Below are positions 14,134-25,014 of a stretch of DNA of 64,000 nucleotides, piece after piece; position 1 is the stretch's first letter; every line of letters starts with the position of its first letter. The DNA lies in assembly GCA_036398235.1 (NCBI GenBank), contig DASWHI010000117.1:588-64587 (forward strand), read 5' to 3'. The position numbers and the translations under genes were made by a program. The notes beneath the pieces were generated by a model. It worked only from the letters and a program-made list of their open reading frames with translations, made no database searches and was not told the DNA's origin. Source of the stretch: Burkholderiales bacterium (GTDB lineage Bacteria; Pseudomonadota; Gammaproteobacteria; Burkholderiales; SG8-41).

Positions 14134-14419
14134 GGAACTCCCCCGCGCGCTGCATGCGGCGGCCGCGGGGGGATGGAGGCGCTGGTTTTTCAAGGACTGC
14201 GGATTGTAGTCCAGATCGACGCGCCACGCACCCGCGGCGACAATCTTGAGGCGGGATATTTTACTGTGCTAAAATAAATAGTTAGCTTTTCGGCTCGGGA
14301 CGTTGATCCGTGACGGAAAAGCTCAATTCGCACATCCGCCATTTACAGTGAGGGTGGCCCTTGCAGACAAGGGCCCCGCGGCGGGTGGAGGCTCAACCCT
14401 TACAGGAGAACAAGGCAGC

Positions 14420-15163
14420 ATGTCAGTCACGATGCGTGAAATGCTCGAAGCCGGGGTCCACTTCGGGCACCAGACCCGCTACTGGAACCCGCGGATGGCC
14501 CCCTACATCTTCGGCCATCGCAACAGGATTCACATCGTCAACCTCGAGAAGACGATGGAAAAGTACCTGGAGGCGCTGAAATTCGTGCGCCGCCTCGTCA
14601 CCAACAAGGGCACGGTGCTGTTCGTCGGCACCAAGCGCCAGGCGCGTGAAATCATCAAGGAAGAAGCCGTGCGCTGCGGCACGCCCTACGTCGATTATCG
14701 CTGGCTGGGCGGCATGCTGACCAACTACAAGACCGTCAAGCAGTCGATCAAGCGGCTGAAGGACATCGAAGCCATGGCGCAGGACGGAACGCTCGACAAG
14801 CTTCCGAAAAAGGAAGCTCTGCGTTATCAGCGCGAGATCGCCAAGTTCGACCGCAGCCTCGGCGGAATCAAGGACATGAACGGGCTGCCGGATGCGCTGT
14901 TCGTGATCGATGTCGGCTACCAGAAGGGGGCGGTCGCGGAAGCGAACAAGCTCGGCATCCCCGTCATCGCGGTGGTCGACACCAACCATTCGCCCGAGGG
15001 CGTCGCCTATGTCATTCCCGGCAACGACGACTCGAGCCGGGCGATCCGCCTCTACGTGCGCGGCGTCGCCGACGCGGTGCTCGAAGGCCGCCAGGACAGC
15101 CTCAAGGAAGTCGTCCGGGGCGGCGAGGAGTTCGTCGAGGTCGAAGAAGCCGAGGAAGCGTGA
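14420..15163 (+). CDS. rpsB: 30S ribosomal protein S2
   Basis: [26 protein letters not shown], preceded by aggaga. The ORF-track start at 14303 is upstream leader. Confidence 0.95.
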   Translation: MSVTMREMLEAGVHFGHQTRYWNPRMAPYIFGHRNRIHIVNLEKTMEKYLEALKFVRRLVTNKGTVLFVGTKRQAREIIKEEAVRCGTPYVDYRWLGGMLTNYKTVKQSIKRLKDIEAMAQDGTLDKLPKKEALRYQREIAKFDRSLGGIKDMNGLPDALFVIDVGYQKGAVAEANKLGIPVIAVVDTNHSPEGVAYVIPGNDDSSRAIRLYVRGVADAVLEGRQDSLKEVVRGGEEFVEVEEAEEA

Positions 15164-15185
15164 CGCGCGGTCCGGATGTCACGGC

Positions 15186-15208
15186 GGGGGCGCGAGCCCC
15201 CTTTTTTT
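15186..15208 (+). terminator. GC hairpin plus T7 tract between rpsB and tsf (intrinsic terminator/attenuator)
   Basis: gggggc-gcga-gccccc followed by ttttttt, 23 nt after the rpsB stop. Confidence 0.6.
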
Positions 15209-15226
15209 AACCACCGGGGACGGGAA

Positions 15227-16111
15227 ATGGCGGAAATCACCGCGAGCATGGTCAAAGCGCTGCGCGACAAGACCGATGCGCCGATGATGGAGTGCAAGAA
15301 GGCGCTGGCGGAAGCCGGCGGCGACTCCGCGCGGGCCGAGGAGATCCTGCGCGTGAGGCTCGGCAACAAGGCGAGCCGGGCCGCGAGCCGGATCGCGGCG
15401 GAGGGCGTGGTGGTGGCCCACGTTGCGCCGGACGGCAGGATCGGCGCTTTGGTCGAAGTGAATTGCGAGACCGATTTCGTGGCCAAGAACGGCGAGTTTC
15501 TCGCGCTGGCCGCGGCGATTGCGGAACTGGTCGCATCGCGCAACCCCCCTACCGTGGAAGCACTCGGCCAGCTGCCGTTTAGCGGATCGACGGTGGAAGA
15601 GGCCCGCAAGGCGCTCGTCGGGAAGATCGGCGAGAACATGGCGATCCGCCGCTTCACGCGCATGACGGCGCAGGGAAGGCTTGCGGTCTACATCCACGGT
15701 GGGGCGAAGATCGGCGCGATGGCGGATGTCGTGGGCGGCGACGACGCGCTCGCCAGGGATATCGCCATGCACATCGCGGCGAGCAAGCCCGTGGCGCTTT
15801 CGGCGGCCGCGGTTCCGGCCGAACTGGTGCAGAAGGAACGCGGCATCGCCGCCGCCAAGGCGGCGGAGTCGGGCAAGCCCGCCAACATCGTCGAAAAGAT
15901 GGTGGAGGGCGCCGTACAGAAATTTCTCAAGGAAGTGACGCTGCTCGGCCAGCCGTTCGTGAAGAACGACAAGCAGAGCGTCGAGCAGCTGCTGAAGTCC
16001 AAGGGGGCCACAGTCGCCGGTTTCACCCTCTACGTCGTCGGCGAGGGCCTGGAAAAACGCAAGGACGATTTCGTATCGGAAGTGATGGCGCAAGTCGGCC
16101 AGACGGCGTGA
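15227..16111 (+). CDS. tsf: translation elongation factor Ts
   Basis: [28 protein letters not shown]-terminus. Confidence 0.95.
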   Translation: MAEITASMVKALRDKTDAPMMECKKALAEAGGDSARAEEILRVRLGNKASRAASRIAAEGVVVAHVAPDGRIGALVEVNCETDFVAKNGEFLALAAAIAELVASRNPPTVEALGQLPFSGSTVEEARKALVGKIGENMAIRRFTRMTAQGRLAVYIHGGAKIGAMADVVGGDDALARDIAMHIAASKPVALSAAAVPAELVQKERGIAAAKAAESGKPANIVEKMVEGAVQKFLKEVTLLGQPFVKNDKQSVEQLLKSKGATVAGFTLYVVGEGLEKRKDDFVSEVMAQVGQTA

Positions 16112-16164
16112 ACGTCCCGCTCCGGCCAGCCGACCTGCCTGCTCCCGCCCGCACCGGGGACCCC

Positions 16165-16884
16165 ATGCCGCAGACGCCCGCCTACAAGCGCATCCTCCTC
16201 AAGCTCTCCGGCGAGGCGTTGATGGGGCAGGAAAGCTACGGTATCAGCCGGGAGACGGTCGACCGCATCGTGGGCGAGGTGGCCGAGGTGGTGAATCTCG
16301 GCGTGGAGGTGGCGGTCGTCATCGGCGGCGGCAACATATTTCGCGGCATCGCGCCGGCGGCGTCCCACATGGACCGCGCGACCGCGGACTACATGGGGAT
16401 GCTCGCGACGGTGATGAACGCGCTGGCGCTGCAGGACGCGATGCGCCGCGTGGGCCTGGTGAGCCGGGTCCAGTCCGCGCTCAACATCGAGCAGGTTGTC
16501 GAGCCCTACATACGGGGCAAGGCGATGCGCTACCTGGAAGAGGGCAAGGTGGTCATTTTCGCCGGGGGCACGGGCAACCCGTTCTTTACCACCGACACCG
16601 CGGCCGCATTGCGCGGCATGGAGATGAACGTCGACCTCGTGTTGAAGGCCACCAAGGTGGACGGGGTGTATACCGACGACCCCAAGACCCACCGCGACGC
16701 AATGCGCTACCAGCGCCTTACCTTCGACGAGGCCATCATCAAGAATCTCAAGGTGATGGATGCCACCGCGCTGACGCTGTGCCGCGGCCAGAACCTGCCG
16801 ATCAACGTCTTCAGCATATTCAAGCCGTCGGCATTGAAGCGCATCGTTCTCGGCGAGGACGAAGGCACATTCCTGCATAATTGA
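16165..16884 (+). CDS. pyrH: UMP kinase
   Basis: Internal ATG gives [29 protein letters not shown] motif present. Confidence 0.93.
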   Translation: MPQTPAYKRILLKLSGEALMGQESYGISRETVDRIVGEVAEVVNLGVEVAVVIGGGNIFRGIAPAASHMDRATADYMGMLATVMNALALQDAMRRVGLVSRVQSALNIEQVVEPYIRGKAMRYLEEGKVVIFAGGTGNPFFTTDTAAALRGMEMNVDLVLKATKVDGVYTDDPKTHRDAMRYQRLTFDEAIIKNLKVMDATALTLCRGQNLPINVFSIFKPSALKRIVLGEDEGTFLHN

Positions 16885-16915
16885 GGGCCACCACGGTGAT
16901 GACGGGAGGCGCAAC

Positions 16916-17473
16916 ATGATTGCCGACATCAAGAAGACCGCGGAGCAGAAGATGCGCAGAACGGTGGACGCGCTGAAAACGGACCTGGCGAAGATCCGCA
17001 CCGGGCGCGCTCACACCGGGCTGCTCGATCACATCATGGTGGACTATTACGGCACGTCGACCCCGGTTCCCCAGGTGAGCAACGTGACGCTGATCGACGC
17101 GAGGACGATCTCCGTCAGCCCTTGGGACAAGAAGATGGCGCCTGCGATCGAGAAGGCGATACGCGATTCCGACCTCGGGTTGAACCCGGCATCGATGGGC
17201 GAGACCGTGCGGGTGCCGATGCCGGCCCTGACCGAGGAGCGCCGCAAAGATCTTATCAAGGTGGTGCGCCATGAATGCGAGAACGCGCGCGTGGCGGTGC
17301 GCAATGTGCGCCGCGACGCCATCCACCACCTGAAGGAGCTGCTCAAGCAGAAGAAGGCCTCGGAGGACGAGGAGCGCCGGGCCCAGGACGATATCCAGAA
17401 GCTCACCGACCGCTCGATCGCCGACATCGACAAGCTCATGCAGCAGAAAGAAGCTGACCTGATGGCGGTGTGA
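16916..17473 (+). CDS. frr: ribosome recycling factor
   Basis: 185 aa, with [13 protein letters not shown]...[13 protein letters not shown] typical of Frr. Confidence 0.95.
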   Translation: MIADIKKTAEQKMRRTVDALKTDLAKIRTGRAHTGLLDHIMVDYYGTSTPVPQVSNVTLIDARTISVSPWDKKMAPAIEKAIRDSDLGLNPASMGETVRVPMPALTEERRKDLIKVVRHECENARVAVRNVRRDAIHHLKELLKQKKASEDEERRAQDDIQKLTDRSIADIDKLMQQKEADLMAV

Positions 17474-18270
17474 TGGCGACGTTCACGAGCTCCACGGTCG
17501 AAATTCCCCCGGACCGGCGCATTCCGCGCCACGTCGCCGTCATCATGGACGGCAACGGGAGATGGGCGAGGCAGCGCCGCCTGCCGCGGGTGGCGGGCCA
17601 CCGCCAGGGCGTGAAGGCGGTGCGCGAAATCGTGCGCTCATGCGGGGAGCGGGGCGTGGAATACCTCACCCTGTTCGCCTTTTCGAGCGAGAACTGGCGG
17701 CGTCCCGCGGATGAGGTCAGTTTTCTGATGCAGCTGTTCGTGATGGCGCTCGAGCAGGAAGTCGAAAAACTCCACGAGAACGGCATCCGTTTCAAGCTGA
17801 TCGGCGACGCGAGCCGGTTCGAGCCCAGGCTCGTGCGGCTCGCCCGGGAGGCGGAAGCGCTTACGGCGGCGAACCAGCGGCTGACGCTGACCATCGCGGC
17901 GAACTACGGCGGGCGCTGGGACGTGCTGCAGGCGGCAAACCGGATGCTGCGGGAGCGTCCCGGGCTGGCCGCGGGCTTCGGCGAGGGCGATCTGACCCCG
18001 TACCTCGCGCTGAACTACGCGCCCGAACCCGACCTCTTCATCCGCACCGGGGGCGAGCAGCGCATCAGCAATTTCGTGCTGTGGCAGCTCGCCTACACCG
18101 AGCTCTATTTCACCGATACGCTGTGGCCGGACTTCGACGCCGCGGCACTCGATCGCGCCATCATTTCGTACCAGCAGCGCGAGCGCCGCTTCGGGCGCAC
18201 CAGCGAGCAGCTGCCGGCCGGCACCGGGCTGGCTGACTTCCGCGCCGGCGCATTCCGCTCTGGCGAGTAA
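17470..18270 (+). CDS. uppS: di-trans,poly-cis-undecaprenyl-diphosphate synthase
   Basis: [13 protein letters not shown] and [14 protein letters not shown] motifs. GTG at 17470 or ATG at 17473; overlaps the frr stop. Confidence 0.92.
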   Translation: MMATFTSSTVEIPPDRRIPRHVAVIMDGNGRWARQRRLPRVAGHRQGVKAVREIVRSCGERGVEYLTLFAFSSENWRRPADEVSFLMQLFVMALEQEVEKLHENGIRFKLIGDASRFEPRLVRLAREAEALTAANQRLTLTIAANYGGRWDVLQAANRMLRERPGLAAGFGEGDLTPYLALNYAPEPDLFIRTGGEQRISNFVLWQLAYTELYFTDTLWPDFDAAALDRAIISYQQRERRFGRTSEQLPAGTGLADFRAGAFRSGE

Positions 18271-18303
18271 CGGCGGCCGAGGCCGTCGAAGCTTCAGGAA
18301 CGT

Positions 18304-19113
18304 ATGCTCAAGGCGCGGCTCGCCACGGCGCTCACCCTTCTTGCCGCTTGCATCGCGGCGGCCCTGTTCCTGCCGAACCGGTGGTGGGCTGCGCTGCTGC
18401 TGGCGGCGCTGGCGCTCGCCAGCTGGGAATGGGGCGGGCTGGCAGGCATCAGGGGGACGCGGCGCGGGCTGTTCTCTGGCGCCGTGCTCGTCTCGGCGTG
18501 GGCAATCGGACAAATTGCCGGAGAGGAGGGCGGGGGGGCGAGCCGGCAGCCGGCGCTGGAGGCCGCGGTCTACGGGGCGAGCGTCGCGTTCTGGGTGCTG
18601 ATTGCGCTGCCGTGGATGATGCGGCGCTGGCAAGTGCGCTCGCCGCTCGCGGTTGCCGCCGCCGGGTGGATCGTGCTGGTGCCGGCGTGGCTCGCGCTCG
18701 CGCGCCTGCAGGCGGATCCGGAGCGGCTGCTCGCGCTGCTCGGCATCGTCTGGATCGCCGATACCGCGGCTTTTCTCGCGGGACGCGCGTGGGGACGGCA
18801 TCACCTCGCGCCCGCGATCAGTCCCGCCAAGACCTGGGAAGGCGTGGCGGGCGCCGGTGCCGCAGTGGCAGTGTATTATGTCGCTCTGTCGATCTTCACG
18901 CCTGAATGGCGCGGGTGGAGCGGCGCGTTGCTGTTCGCAGGCGTCACGGTGATGAGTATCGTGGGGGACCTGTACGAATCGTGGATCAAGCGCCAGGCGG
19001 GGGTGAAGGACAGCGGCGCGCTGCTGCCGGGGCATGGCGGCGTCCTCGACCGGATTGACAGCCTGAATTCGAGCATGCCGTTTGCCGCCCTGCTGCTCTC
19101 CTGTGTCCGCTAG
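18304..19113 (+). CDS. cdsA: phosphatidate cytidylyltransferase
   Basis: Multi-TM protein with the C-terminal SxxKRxxGxKDxGxLxPGHGGxLDRxDS signature. Confidence 0.9.
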   Translation: MLKARLATALTLLAACIAAALFLPNRWWAALLLAALALASWEWGGLAGIRGTRRGLFSGAVLVSAWAIGQIAGEEGGGASRQPALEAAVYGASVAFWVLIALPWMMRRWQVRSPLAVAAAGWIVLVPAWLALARLQADPERLLALLGIVWIADTAAFLAGRAWGRHHLAPAISPAKTWEGVAGAGAAVAVYYVALSIFTPEWRGWSGALLFAGVTVMSIVGDLYESWIKRQAGVKDSGALLPGHGGVLDRIDSLNSSMPFAALLLSCVR

Positions 19114-19127
19114 ACCGCCCTCGAGCC

Positions 19128-20339
19128 ATGGCTGACAAAAAACGCCTCGCGATACTGGGTTCCACCGGCAGCGTGGGCACCAGCACGCTCGACGTGGTGG
19201 CGCGCCATCCCGAGCGGTTCGAGGTGGTGGCACTCGCCGCGCGTCACCAGGCCGCGGCGCTCTACGAGCAGTGCCTCGCGTTCCGGCCGCGCGTCGTGGT
19301 GCTGCTGGAGCCGACGCCGGCCCGCGATCTGCAACGGCGCCTGCTGCAGGCGGGACTCGGCTGCGAGGTGCTGAGCGGGGCAGGCGCGCTGGAGCGGGTC
19401 GCGAGCCTGCCCGACATCGATACGGTCATGGCGGCGATCGTGGGCGTGGCCGGGCTGCGCCCGACGCTTGCCGCGGCGCGCGCCGGCAAGAAAATCCTGC
19501 TGGCGAACAAGGAGTCACTGGTGTCTGCGGGCGCGGTGCTGATGGACGCGGTGCGCGCAAGCGGTGCGACGCTGTTGCCGATCGACAGCGAGCACAACGC
19601 CGTGTTCCAGGCGCTGCCGCGCGCGCGCGGCGGTCCCGATACCGCGGGCGTGCGCCGCATCCTGCTCACCGCCTCCGGCGGGCCGTTCCGCACGGCGTCG
19701 CTGCGCCAGCTCGAGGAGGCGACACCCGCGCAGGCGTGCGCGCATCCGAACTGGGTGATGGGGCGAAAGATCTCGGTCGATTCGGCGACCATGATGAACA
19801 AGGGGCTGGAGGTGATCGAGGCGCGCTGGCTGTTCGGGGCGCGCGCAGACCAGATCGAGGTCGTGATCCATCCCGAGAGCGTGGTCCATTCGCTGGTCGA
19901 GTATGTCGACGGATCGGTCATCGCCCAGCTCGGCAACCCCGACATGCGCACCCCGATCGCCTACGCGCTCGGCTTCCCTGACCGCATCGATGCCGGCGTG
20001 GAGTATCTGGATCTCGCGCGCATCGGCGCGCTGCACTTCGAACGTCCCGACCGCGAGCGGTTTCCGTGCCTGCGGCTGGCCTATGAAGCGCTCGCGGCGG
20101 GCGGCACCGCGCCGGCGGCACTCAACGCGGCGAACGAGGTTGCGGTTGCGAGCTTTCTTTCCGGAGCGGCCGGGTTCCGGCAGATCCCGGCCGTAATCGA
20201 GGCCGTGCTGTCGGACACGGCATGGCGCCCCGTCGACAACCTCGAGGACGTGCTTGCAGCGGATCGTGACGCGCGCGAGCGCGCCGACGGGTGGCTGCGC
20301 GCGGCGGGGCGCCGCCCGCTCGCCACTCACGGCACCTGA
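19128..20339 (+). CDS. dxr: 1-deoxy-D-xylulose 5-phosphate reductoisomerase
   Basis: [25 protein letters not shown] and [23 protein letters not shown] motifs. Confidence 0.95.
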   Translation: MADKKRLAILGSTGSVGTSTLDVVARHPERFEVVALAARHQAAALYEQCLAFRPRVVVLLEPTPARDLQRRLLQAGLGCEVLSGAGALERVASLPDIDTVMAAIVGVAGLRPTLAAARAGKKILLANKESLVSAGAVLMDAVRASGATLLPIDSEHNAVFQALPRARGGPDTAGVRRILLTASGGPFRTASLRQLEEATPAQACAHPNWVMGRKISVDSATMMNKGLEVIEARWLFGARADQIEVVIHPESVVHSLVEYVDGSVIAQLGNPDMRTPIAYALGFPDRIDAGVEYLDLARIGALHFERPDRERFPCLRLAYEALAAGGTAPAALNAANEVAVASFLSGAAGFRQIPAVIEAVLSDTAWRPVDNLEDVLAADRDARERADGWLRAAGRRPLATHGT

Positions 20340-20342
20340 AAC

Positions 20343-21710
20343 ATGTCGCTGCTCATCACCATCGCCGCCTTCGTGGTGGCGCTCGGTTGCCTGATCGTAG
20401 TTCACGAATTCGGTCATTTCATCATCGCGCGCGCGTGCGGGGTCAGGGTCTTGCGCTTTTCGGTCGGCTTCGGCAGGCCGCTGTGGGCAAGGCGCTTGGG
20501 GCGCGACGCGACGGAATGGGTGATCGCCGCCTTCCCGCTCGGCGGATACGTCAAGATGCTGGACGAGCGCGAGGGGCCGGTGGCAACCGCGGAGCTCCCG
20601 CGGGCGTTCAACCGGCAATCGGTCTGGCGCCGGGTCGCGATCGTGGTTGCGGGGCCTGTGGCGAATTTTGCACTGGCGATTGCGCTCTATTGGGTGCTGT
20701 TCGTCTACGGCGTGCCCGGCTTGAAGCCCGTAGTCGGGGAGCCGCCCGCCGGCACACCCGCGTACCACGCCGGTTTCGCGGCCGGAGAGGTCATTGTCAG
20801 GATCGGCGACGAGCCGGTTGCGAGCTGGCAGGACGCGCGCTGGATACTCCTGCAACACGCCGTCCGGAAATCCGCGATCGAGGTCACGGTGTCGCGTGCC
20901 GGAGGCGGGACCGCCGCGCGCCGCCTCGACCTCTCCGCAGTGAGCGCGGCCGACCTCGACGGTGATTTCCTCCGCACGCTCGGCCTCATGCGCTATCAGC
21001 CGCCGCTGAAGCCGGTCATCGGCGAGGTCGTGAGCGGCGGCGGCGCCCAGCGCGCGGGGCTGAAGGCAGGCGACGAGATCGTGGCGATCAACAATCAGCG
21101 CATCGAGAGTTGGGATCAAGTAGTCAAAATCGTGCGTGCGCACCCCGGCGCCCAACTCGTGTTCGAGGTCAGGCGTGGTGGCGCGCTGCAGCCAGCGATC
21201 GCAATCTCCCCCGAGACCGTGGTCGAGGGCGGGGGAAAGTTCGGCAGGATCGGAGCGGCGCCGAGAATCGACCGGTCGGCGCTCGCGGACATGGTCGTCG
21301 ACGTGCGCTACGGGCCGCTGGAAAGCCTCGGCCGGGCCGTTCAGAAGACCTGGGACACCTCGGTCTTCAGCCTGAGGATGCTCGGCAAGATGATCGTTGG
21401 CGATGTCTCGCTCCGGAATCTTTCCGGCCCGATCACCATTGCCGACTACGCGGGGCAGTCGGCGCAGAGCGGAGCCACCTCGTACCTCCTGTTCCTTGCC
21501 CTCATCAGCATCAGCCTCGGCGTGCTGAATCTCCTTCCGATCCCGTTACTCGACGGCGGGCACCTCATGTACTATGCGATTGAAATTCTCCAGGGTCGTC
21601 CCGTTTCGGACCGTGCCATCGAGATCGGTCAGCACGCCGGCCTGGTGCTGCTGGTCGCACTGATGGCCTTCGCGCTCTATAACGACATTCACCGCCTCCT
21701 CGGCGGCTAG
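20343..21710 (+). CDS. rseP: RIP (site-2) zinc metalloprotease RseP
   Basis: HEFGH motif in TM1, two PDZ-like regions and a C-terminal LNLLPIPxLDGG motif. Confidence 0.93.
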   Translation: MSLLITIAAFVVALGCLIVVHEFGHFIIARACGVRVLRFSVGFGRPLWARRLGRDATEWVIAAFPLGGYVKMLDEREGPVATAELPRAFNRQSVWRRVAIVVAGPVANFALAIALYWVLFVYGVPGLKPVVGEPPAGTPAYHAGFAAGEVIVRIGDEPVASWQDARWILLQHAVRKSAIEVTVSRAGGGTAARRLDLSAVSAADLDGDFLRTLGLMRYQPPLKPVIGEVVSGGGAQRAGLKAGDEIVAINNQRIESWDQVVKIVRAHPGAQLVFEVRRGGALQPAIAISPETVVEGGGKFGRIGAAPRIDRSALADMVVDVRYGPLESLGRAVQKTWDTSVFSLRMLGKMIVGDVSLRNLSGPITIADYAGQSAQSGATSYLLFLALISISLGVLNLLPIPLLDGGHLMYYAIEILQGRPVSDRAIEIGQHAGLVLLVALMAFALYNDIHRLLGG

Positions 21711-22008
21711 GAGCCCCTAACACGATGAAACGCGCGATGCGCTGTCACGATTTTGGCTCAGGGCGCGAAGCAAGGCCCGCCGCTTAGACCGACTAAGCAA
21801 GGGACTTGCGACAAAGCCATGGGCCAAAATTCGTGCCAGCCCCTGGGTTGTCATTGGAAATTCAGATGCCTGCGCCGGGGTTGCGGCTAAAATCGGCGCT
21901 AACTTTGTCGCTCGGCTTGCCAATATCGACATATTGACTGCACCTCGCTTCGCGTTATCACCGATTTTGGCTCGCAACGCACGCGTGTTTCATCGTGTTA
22001 GGGGCTCC
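21710..22008. mobile_element. 299-bp foldback (MITE-like) element with 27-bp terminal inverted repeats filling the rseP-bamA spacer
   Basis: Left end ggagcccctaacacgatgaaacgcgcg. The reverse complement of the right end is ggagcccctaacacgatgaaacacgcg (26/27). Internal motifs (cgattttggctc x2, ggccaaaat/ggctaaaat, gcgacaaag/ctttgtcgc) sit symmetrically about the centre at ~21859. The interior looks lower in G+C than the flanks. Confidence 0.7.
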
Positions 22009-22011
22009 ATC

Positions 22012-24279
22012 ATGCGCCGGTTCCGCGCAGCATTGCTGCTTCTCGCGTTTCATGCGGCAGCGGCAGCCGCCCTTGAGCCTTTCGTCATCCGCGATATCCG
22101 GGTGGAGGGCATCCAGCGCACCGAGGCCGGCACGGTGTTCAGCTACCTTCCGGTCAGGGTCGGGGACAACCTGACCGACGAGAAGGCGGCCCAGGCCATA
22201 CGCGCGCTGTTCGCGACCGGGTTCTTCCGCGACGTCAGCCTGGAGCGCGAGGGCGAAGTGCTCGTGGTGGTGGTGCAGGAGCGGCCGTCAATCGCCCAGA
22301 TCGAGTTCTCTGGTTTGCGTGAGTTCAACAAGGACGAGCTCACGAACGGGCTGCGCCAGATCGGCATCAGCGAAGGCCGCATTTTCGACCGCGGCCTGCT
22401 CGAGCGCGCGGAGCAGGAAATGAAGCGCCAGTACCTGAGCCGCGGCTACTACGCGGCCGCCATCAACACCACGGTGACGCCGCTTGAGCGCAACCGGGTC
22501 GCGCTCAACTTCAATGTCGAGGAGGGCCAGGTCGCCAAGATCCGGCAGATCAGCATCATTGGCGCGCAGGCCTTCAGCGAGAAGGAGCTCACGGGACAGT
22601 TCGTGCTGCGCACCCCGGGGTTGCTGACCTGGTTCAGCAAGCACGACCAGTATTCGAGGGAAAAGCTCTCCGCCGACCTGGAGCGGCTGCGTTCCTACTA
22701 CCTCGATCGCGGCTATATCGAGTTCCGGATCGACTCCACACAGGTTTCGATCACGCCCGACAAGCAGGATATCTACATCACGATCAGCATCACCGAGGGC
22801 GGCCGCTACACCGTGTCGGATGTGCGGGTAGCGGGCGAGCTGTTGATCCCGGAGGAGGAGGTGCGCAAGCGGATACTGGTCAAGCCGGGCGAGACGTTCT
22901 CACGCGAGCGCGTGACCGAGTCGACCAAGTTGATCGGCGACCGCCTGGGCGACGACGGCTACGCCTTTGCCAACGTCAATGCCGTGCCGAGCCTCGACAG
23001 GGAAAAACGCCAAGTCGCGTTCACGTTCCTCATCGATCCGGGACGGCGCGTCTACGTGCGCCGCGTCAACGTCACCGGCAACTCCCGAACGCGCGACGAG
23101 GTCGTCCGGCGCGAGGCGCGCCAGCTGGAAGGCGCCTGGTACTCGCAGAAAAAGGTCACCGCCTCCAAGCAGCGCATTGACCGGCTCGGTTATTTCACCG
23201 AGGTCGGCGTCGAGACGCCTGCGGTGCCGGGGTCAACCGACCAGGTGGACGTCAACTTCTCGGTCGTCGAGAAGCCAACCGGGTTGGTGTTGTTGGGCGC
23301 GGGCTTCGGCAGCGACGAGGGTGTGACCGTTTCCTTCTCGATCGCACAGCAAAACATCTTCGGCAGCGGCCGGCACGTTTCGGTCAACGTCAATACGAGC
23401 CAGATCAACACGGTCTACTCGCTGTCCTACACCAACCCCTATTTCACGGTGGACGGCGTGAGCCAGGGCTTCGATATCTATTACCGGGAACTCGATCCCG
23501 ACGCCAGGGACCTGGGCGCATACCAGACGAAGACCGCGGGCGGGCAGCTGCGGTTCGGCGTCCCGGTCTCCGAAATCGATACGATTCAGTACGGCATAGG
23601 TTATGACGACACGACCATCACGACTTTTCCCGACAGCCCGCAGCGCTATCTGGATTACGTGGCGGTCTTCGGCTCGCAGAACACCAACCTGTTCCTGACG
23701 GCCGGCTGGGCACGCGACGAGCGCGACAGCCGGATTTACCCCACCAAAGGCTCGCTCCATAGAGCGAACGCGGAGCTCGGCACGCCGGCCGGGGACCTGG
23801 AATACTACAAGCTCTACTATCAGTACCAGCGCTATTTCCCCCTGACCCGCTTCACCAGCTTGATGGTGAATGGCGAGGCCGGATACGGAGACGGCTATAA
23901 TGATAAGCCGTTGCCATTCTTCAAGAATTATTACGTTGGCGGTGTCAACTCGGTGCGCGGCTTCAAGTCCTTTACAATAGGCCCCAAGGACATCAACGGC
24001 GATCCCACGGGCGGGCCGCGCAAGGTGCAGGCCAACACCGAGCTGCTGTTTCCGTTTCCGGGCCTGGAGAATGACCGGTCGGTGAGATTGAGCGCGTTCG
24101 TCGATTCAGGCGTCGTCGGCGACACCATCGATCTAAACCTGCTGCGGGTTTCGGGCGGATTGGCGCTGCTGTGGGTGTCGCCGCTCGGCCCGCTGAAGAT
24201 CAGCCTTGGCCTTCCGATCCGCAAGCAGCCGGACGACGATCTGCAGGAATTCCAGTTCACGTTCGGCGGAGCGTTCTGA
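22012..24279 (+). CDS. bamA: outer membrane protein assembly factor BamA
   Basis: The ATG at 22012 gives a signal peptide (MRRFRAALLLLAFHAAAAAA). IRVEGIQRTE starts POTRA1, and the C-terminal beta-barrel ends ...FQFTFGGAF. Confidence 0.95.
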   Translation: MRRFRAALLLLAFHAAAAAALEPFVIRDIRVEGIQRTEAGTVFSYLPVRVGDNLTDEKAAQAIRALFATGFFRDVSLEREGEVLVVVVQERPSIAQIEFSGLREFNKDELTNGLRQIGISEGRIFDRGLLERAEQEMKRQYLSRGYYAAAINTTVTPLERNRVALNFNVEEGQVAKIRQISIIGAQAFSEKELTGQFVLRTPGLLTWFSKHDQYSREKLSADLERLRSYYLDRGYIEFRIDSTQVSITPDKQDIYITISITEGGRYTVSDVRVAGELLIPEEEVRKRILVKPGETFSRERVTESTKLIGDRLGDDGYAFANVNAVPSLDREKRQVAFTFLIDPGRRVYVRRVNVTGNSRTRDEVVRREARQLEGAWYSQKKVTASKQRIDRLGYFTEVGVETPAVPGSTDQVDVNFSVVEKPTGLVLLGAGFGSDEGVTVSFSIAQQNIFGSGRHVSVNVNTSQINTVYSLSYTNPYFTVDGVSQGFDIYYRELDPDARDLGAYQTKTAGGQLRFGVPVSEIDTIQYGIGYDDTTITTFPDSPQRYLDYVAVFGSQNTNLFLTAGWARDERDSRIYPTKGSLHRANAELGTPAGDLEYYKLYYQYQRYFPLTRFTSLMVNGEAGYGDGYNDKPLPFFKNYYVGGVNSVRGFKSFTIGPKDINGDPTGGPRKVQANTELLFPFPGLENDRSVRLSAFVDSGVVGDTIDLNLLRVSGGLALLWVSPLGPLKISLGLPIRKQPDDDLQEFQFTFGGAF

Positions 24280-24329
24280 CGGCGACGGCGCGAGGCGAGG
24301 CGCGGCGACATTACTGCAAGGAGAAGGCA

Positions 24330-24833
24330 TTGAGGCACATATACAGTACAGCGGGTGTGCTGCTCGCGATCGCCATCGCGGGGGCCGCCGGGGCCGCAGA
24401 GCTGAAGATCGGCTTTGTCGACGTGGAGCGCATCAGCCGCGAATCGGCGCCGGCGGAGCGCGCGAGCAAGCAGCTCGAGAAGGAGTTTGCGCCGCGGCAA
24501 CAGGAGCTGCAACGTCGCGAGGCCCAGATCAAGGAACTCAAGGGTCAGCTCGAGAGGGAAGCGATGACAATGTCCGAAAGCGATCGCCGCGGAAAGCAGC
24601 AGGAGCTGGCGCGCGCCAACGTGGAATTTCAGCGCATGCAGCGGGAATTTCGCGAGGATCTCACGATCCGGCGCAACCAGGAGATACAGGGATTGATGGA
24701 GCGGGCCAACCGCGTGATCAGGGCGATGGCCGAAGCCGAGCAATTCGATCTCATCGTCCAGGACGCGGTCTATCGGAATCCGCGTATCGATATCACGGAC
24801 CGGGTGCTCAAGGCGCTCGCCGAAGGCAAATGA
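24330..24833 (+). CDS. skp: periplasmic chaperone Skp (OmpH family)
   Basis: TTG start preceded by aaggagaagg. Signal peptide, then KIGFVD...coiled-coil Q/E/R-rich sequence; ~167 aa. Canonical position between bamA and lpxD. Confidence 0.85.
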   Translation: MRHIYSTAGVLLAIAIAGAAGAAELKIGFVDVERISRESAPAERASKQLEKEFAPRQQELQRREAQIKELKGQLEREAMTMSESDRRGKQQELARANVEFQRMQREFREDLTIRRNQEIQGLMERANRVIRAMAEAEQFDLIVQDAVYRNPRIDITDRVLKALAEGK

Positions 24834-24837
24834 CGAC

Positions 24838-24945
24838 CGTCGTGATAATGCGCGACGACGCTCGACCCCTCACCCCTTCCCCCTCTCCCGAGTGGCGAGG
24901 GAAAATGGGCACCGGTAAATGGTTTGTCGCCCATTTACCGAAGGC
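24838..24945. repeat. ~105-bp structured intergenic repeat, family B, copy 1 (three hairpins)
   Basis: Aligns with 27339-27445. Shared core ccctcaccccttccccctctcccgag. Hairpins: cgtcgt/acgacg, ccctc/gaggg, ggtaaatgg/ccatttacc. Confidence 0.8.
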
Positions 24946-25014
24946 TCAATAGGCGACCATGCACTGCGCGCTGCGCCGGCGTACGACTGCTGCGGCCGGC
25001 AGCGTCCCGCGCCC

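Noticed and set aside
21717-21977. 86-aa ORF (- strand) inside the rseP-bamA foldback element
   Set aside because: It has no RBS and no recognisable fold, and it spans the palindromic body of the element. More likely it is just an open frame within a structured repeat.
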